Origin: Rhodobacterales bacterium
Lineage (GTDB): Bacteria; Pseudomonadota; Alphaproteobacteria; Rhodobacterales; Rhodobacteraceae
Reading direction: 5' to 3'
Length of the DNA stretch: 64,000 nt
Assembly: GCA_043721775.1 (NCBI GenBank)
Contig: JAYSQA010000374.1
Coordinates: 7,940 to 71,939 of the forward strand
Shown: positions 63,764 to 64,000 of the stretch, piece after piece
Layout of the letters: each line of letters starts with the position of its first letter
How positions within the stretch are numbered: position 1 is the stretch's first letter
Made by a program: the position numbers and the translations under genes
The notes under the pieces: generated by a model
Database searches by the model: none
What the model saw: the letters and a program-made list of their open reading frames with translations, nothing else
Told to the model about the DNA's origin: nothing

Positions 63764-64000
63764 ATGATGATAGAATACGCTTCCAACCGGGTTCCCTTGC
63801 GCCGCTTGACCGAAACCGGGGGCGTTCTTGCCGTGATCACGCAAATTGTCGGCACCTCGTATCGCAACCTTGGCACCATGATGGCATTTGGGCCGCAGGG
63901 TCAGCGCACAGGCTCGCTGTCGTCGGGCTGTATCGAGGATGACATTGCCGAACATGCGGCCGCAGTGCTGCAAACTCGCCAGCCAAGGACCCTGCGCTAT
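63764..64000 (+). CDS. XdhC/CoxI-family molybdoenzyme maturation factor (5' part only; runs off the window)
   Basis: Translated by hand (not in the ORF track): MMIEY..VLAVITQIVGTSYRNLGTMMAF..GSLSSGCIEDDIAEHA..LRY; GGGGAG upstream; no stop before 64000. Confidence 0.8.
   Translation, partial: MMIEYASNRVPLRRLTETGGVLAVITQIVGTSYRNLGTMMAFGPQGQRTGSLSSGCIEDDIAEHAAAVLQTRQPRTLRY

Noticed and set aside
63650-63973. ORF-track calls 63697-63942 (+) and 63650-63973 (-)
   Set aside because: They overlap the motif-supported xdhC-like frame starting at 63764

Overview
High-GC alphaproteobacterial DNA, most consistent with a Rhodobacteraceae chromosome (inferred from gene content and order). Four blocks: (1) 1-5.35 kb, a glycan biosynthesis operon with two paralogous GT2-type glycosyltransferases, a core-2/I-branching (GT14-like) transferase and a NodH/Stf0-like sulfotransferase; (2) 5.3-17 kb, an N-acetylglucosamine/chitooligosaccharide utilisation locus (sugar ABC transporter, Gfo/Idh/MocA oxidoreductase, SIS-type deaminase, ROK kinase, nagA, MaoC, divergent GntR/NagQ-like regulator, GH20 hexosaminidase); (3) 17-29.6 kb, a nicotinate-type N-heterocycle catabolic operon (Mo hydroxylase, 6-hydroxynicotinate reductase-like, ApbE-like UPF0280, DUF1185, ATP-dependent hydantoinase A/B) with divergent MarR and a StcD/HpbA-like flavoprotein; (4) 29.7-63.7 kb, a flagellar gene cluster of about 38 genes with CtrA-like boxes, followed by the 5' part of an xdhC-like gene. 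No rRNA, tRNA, CRISPR or mobile element was recognised. Best leads: the pyridine-catabolic operon has an ATP-dependent lactamase pair where an enamidase is expected; a CtrA-boxed protein built of about four L7/L12-CTD/ClpS-like repeats heads the flagellar cluster; a 1257-aa FliK ruler carries tandem micro-repeats; and a GT14 fused to a degenerate sulfotransferase domain sits beside a double-domain sulfotransferase. All family calls come from motif recognition by eye, not from database searches.
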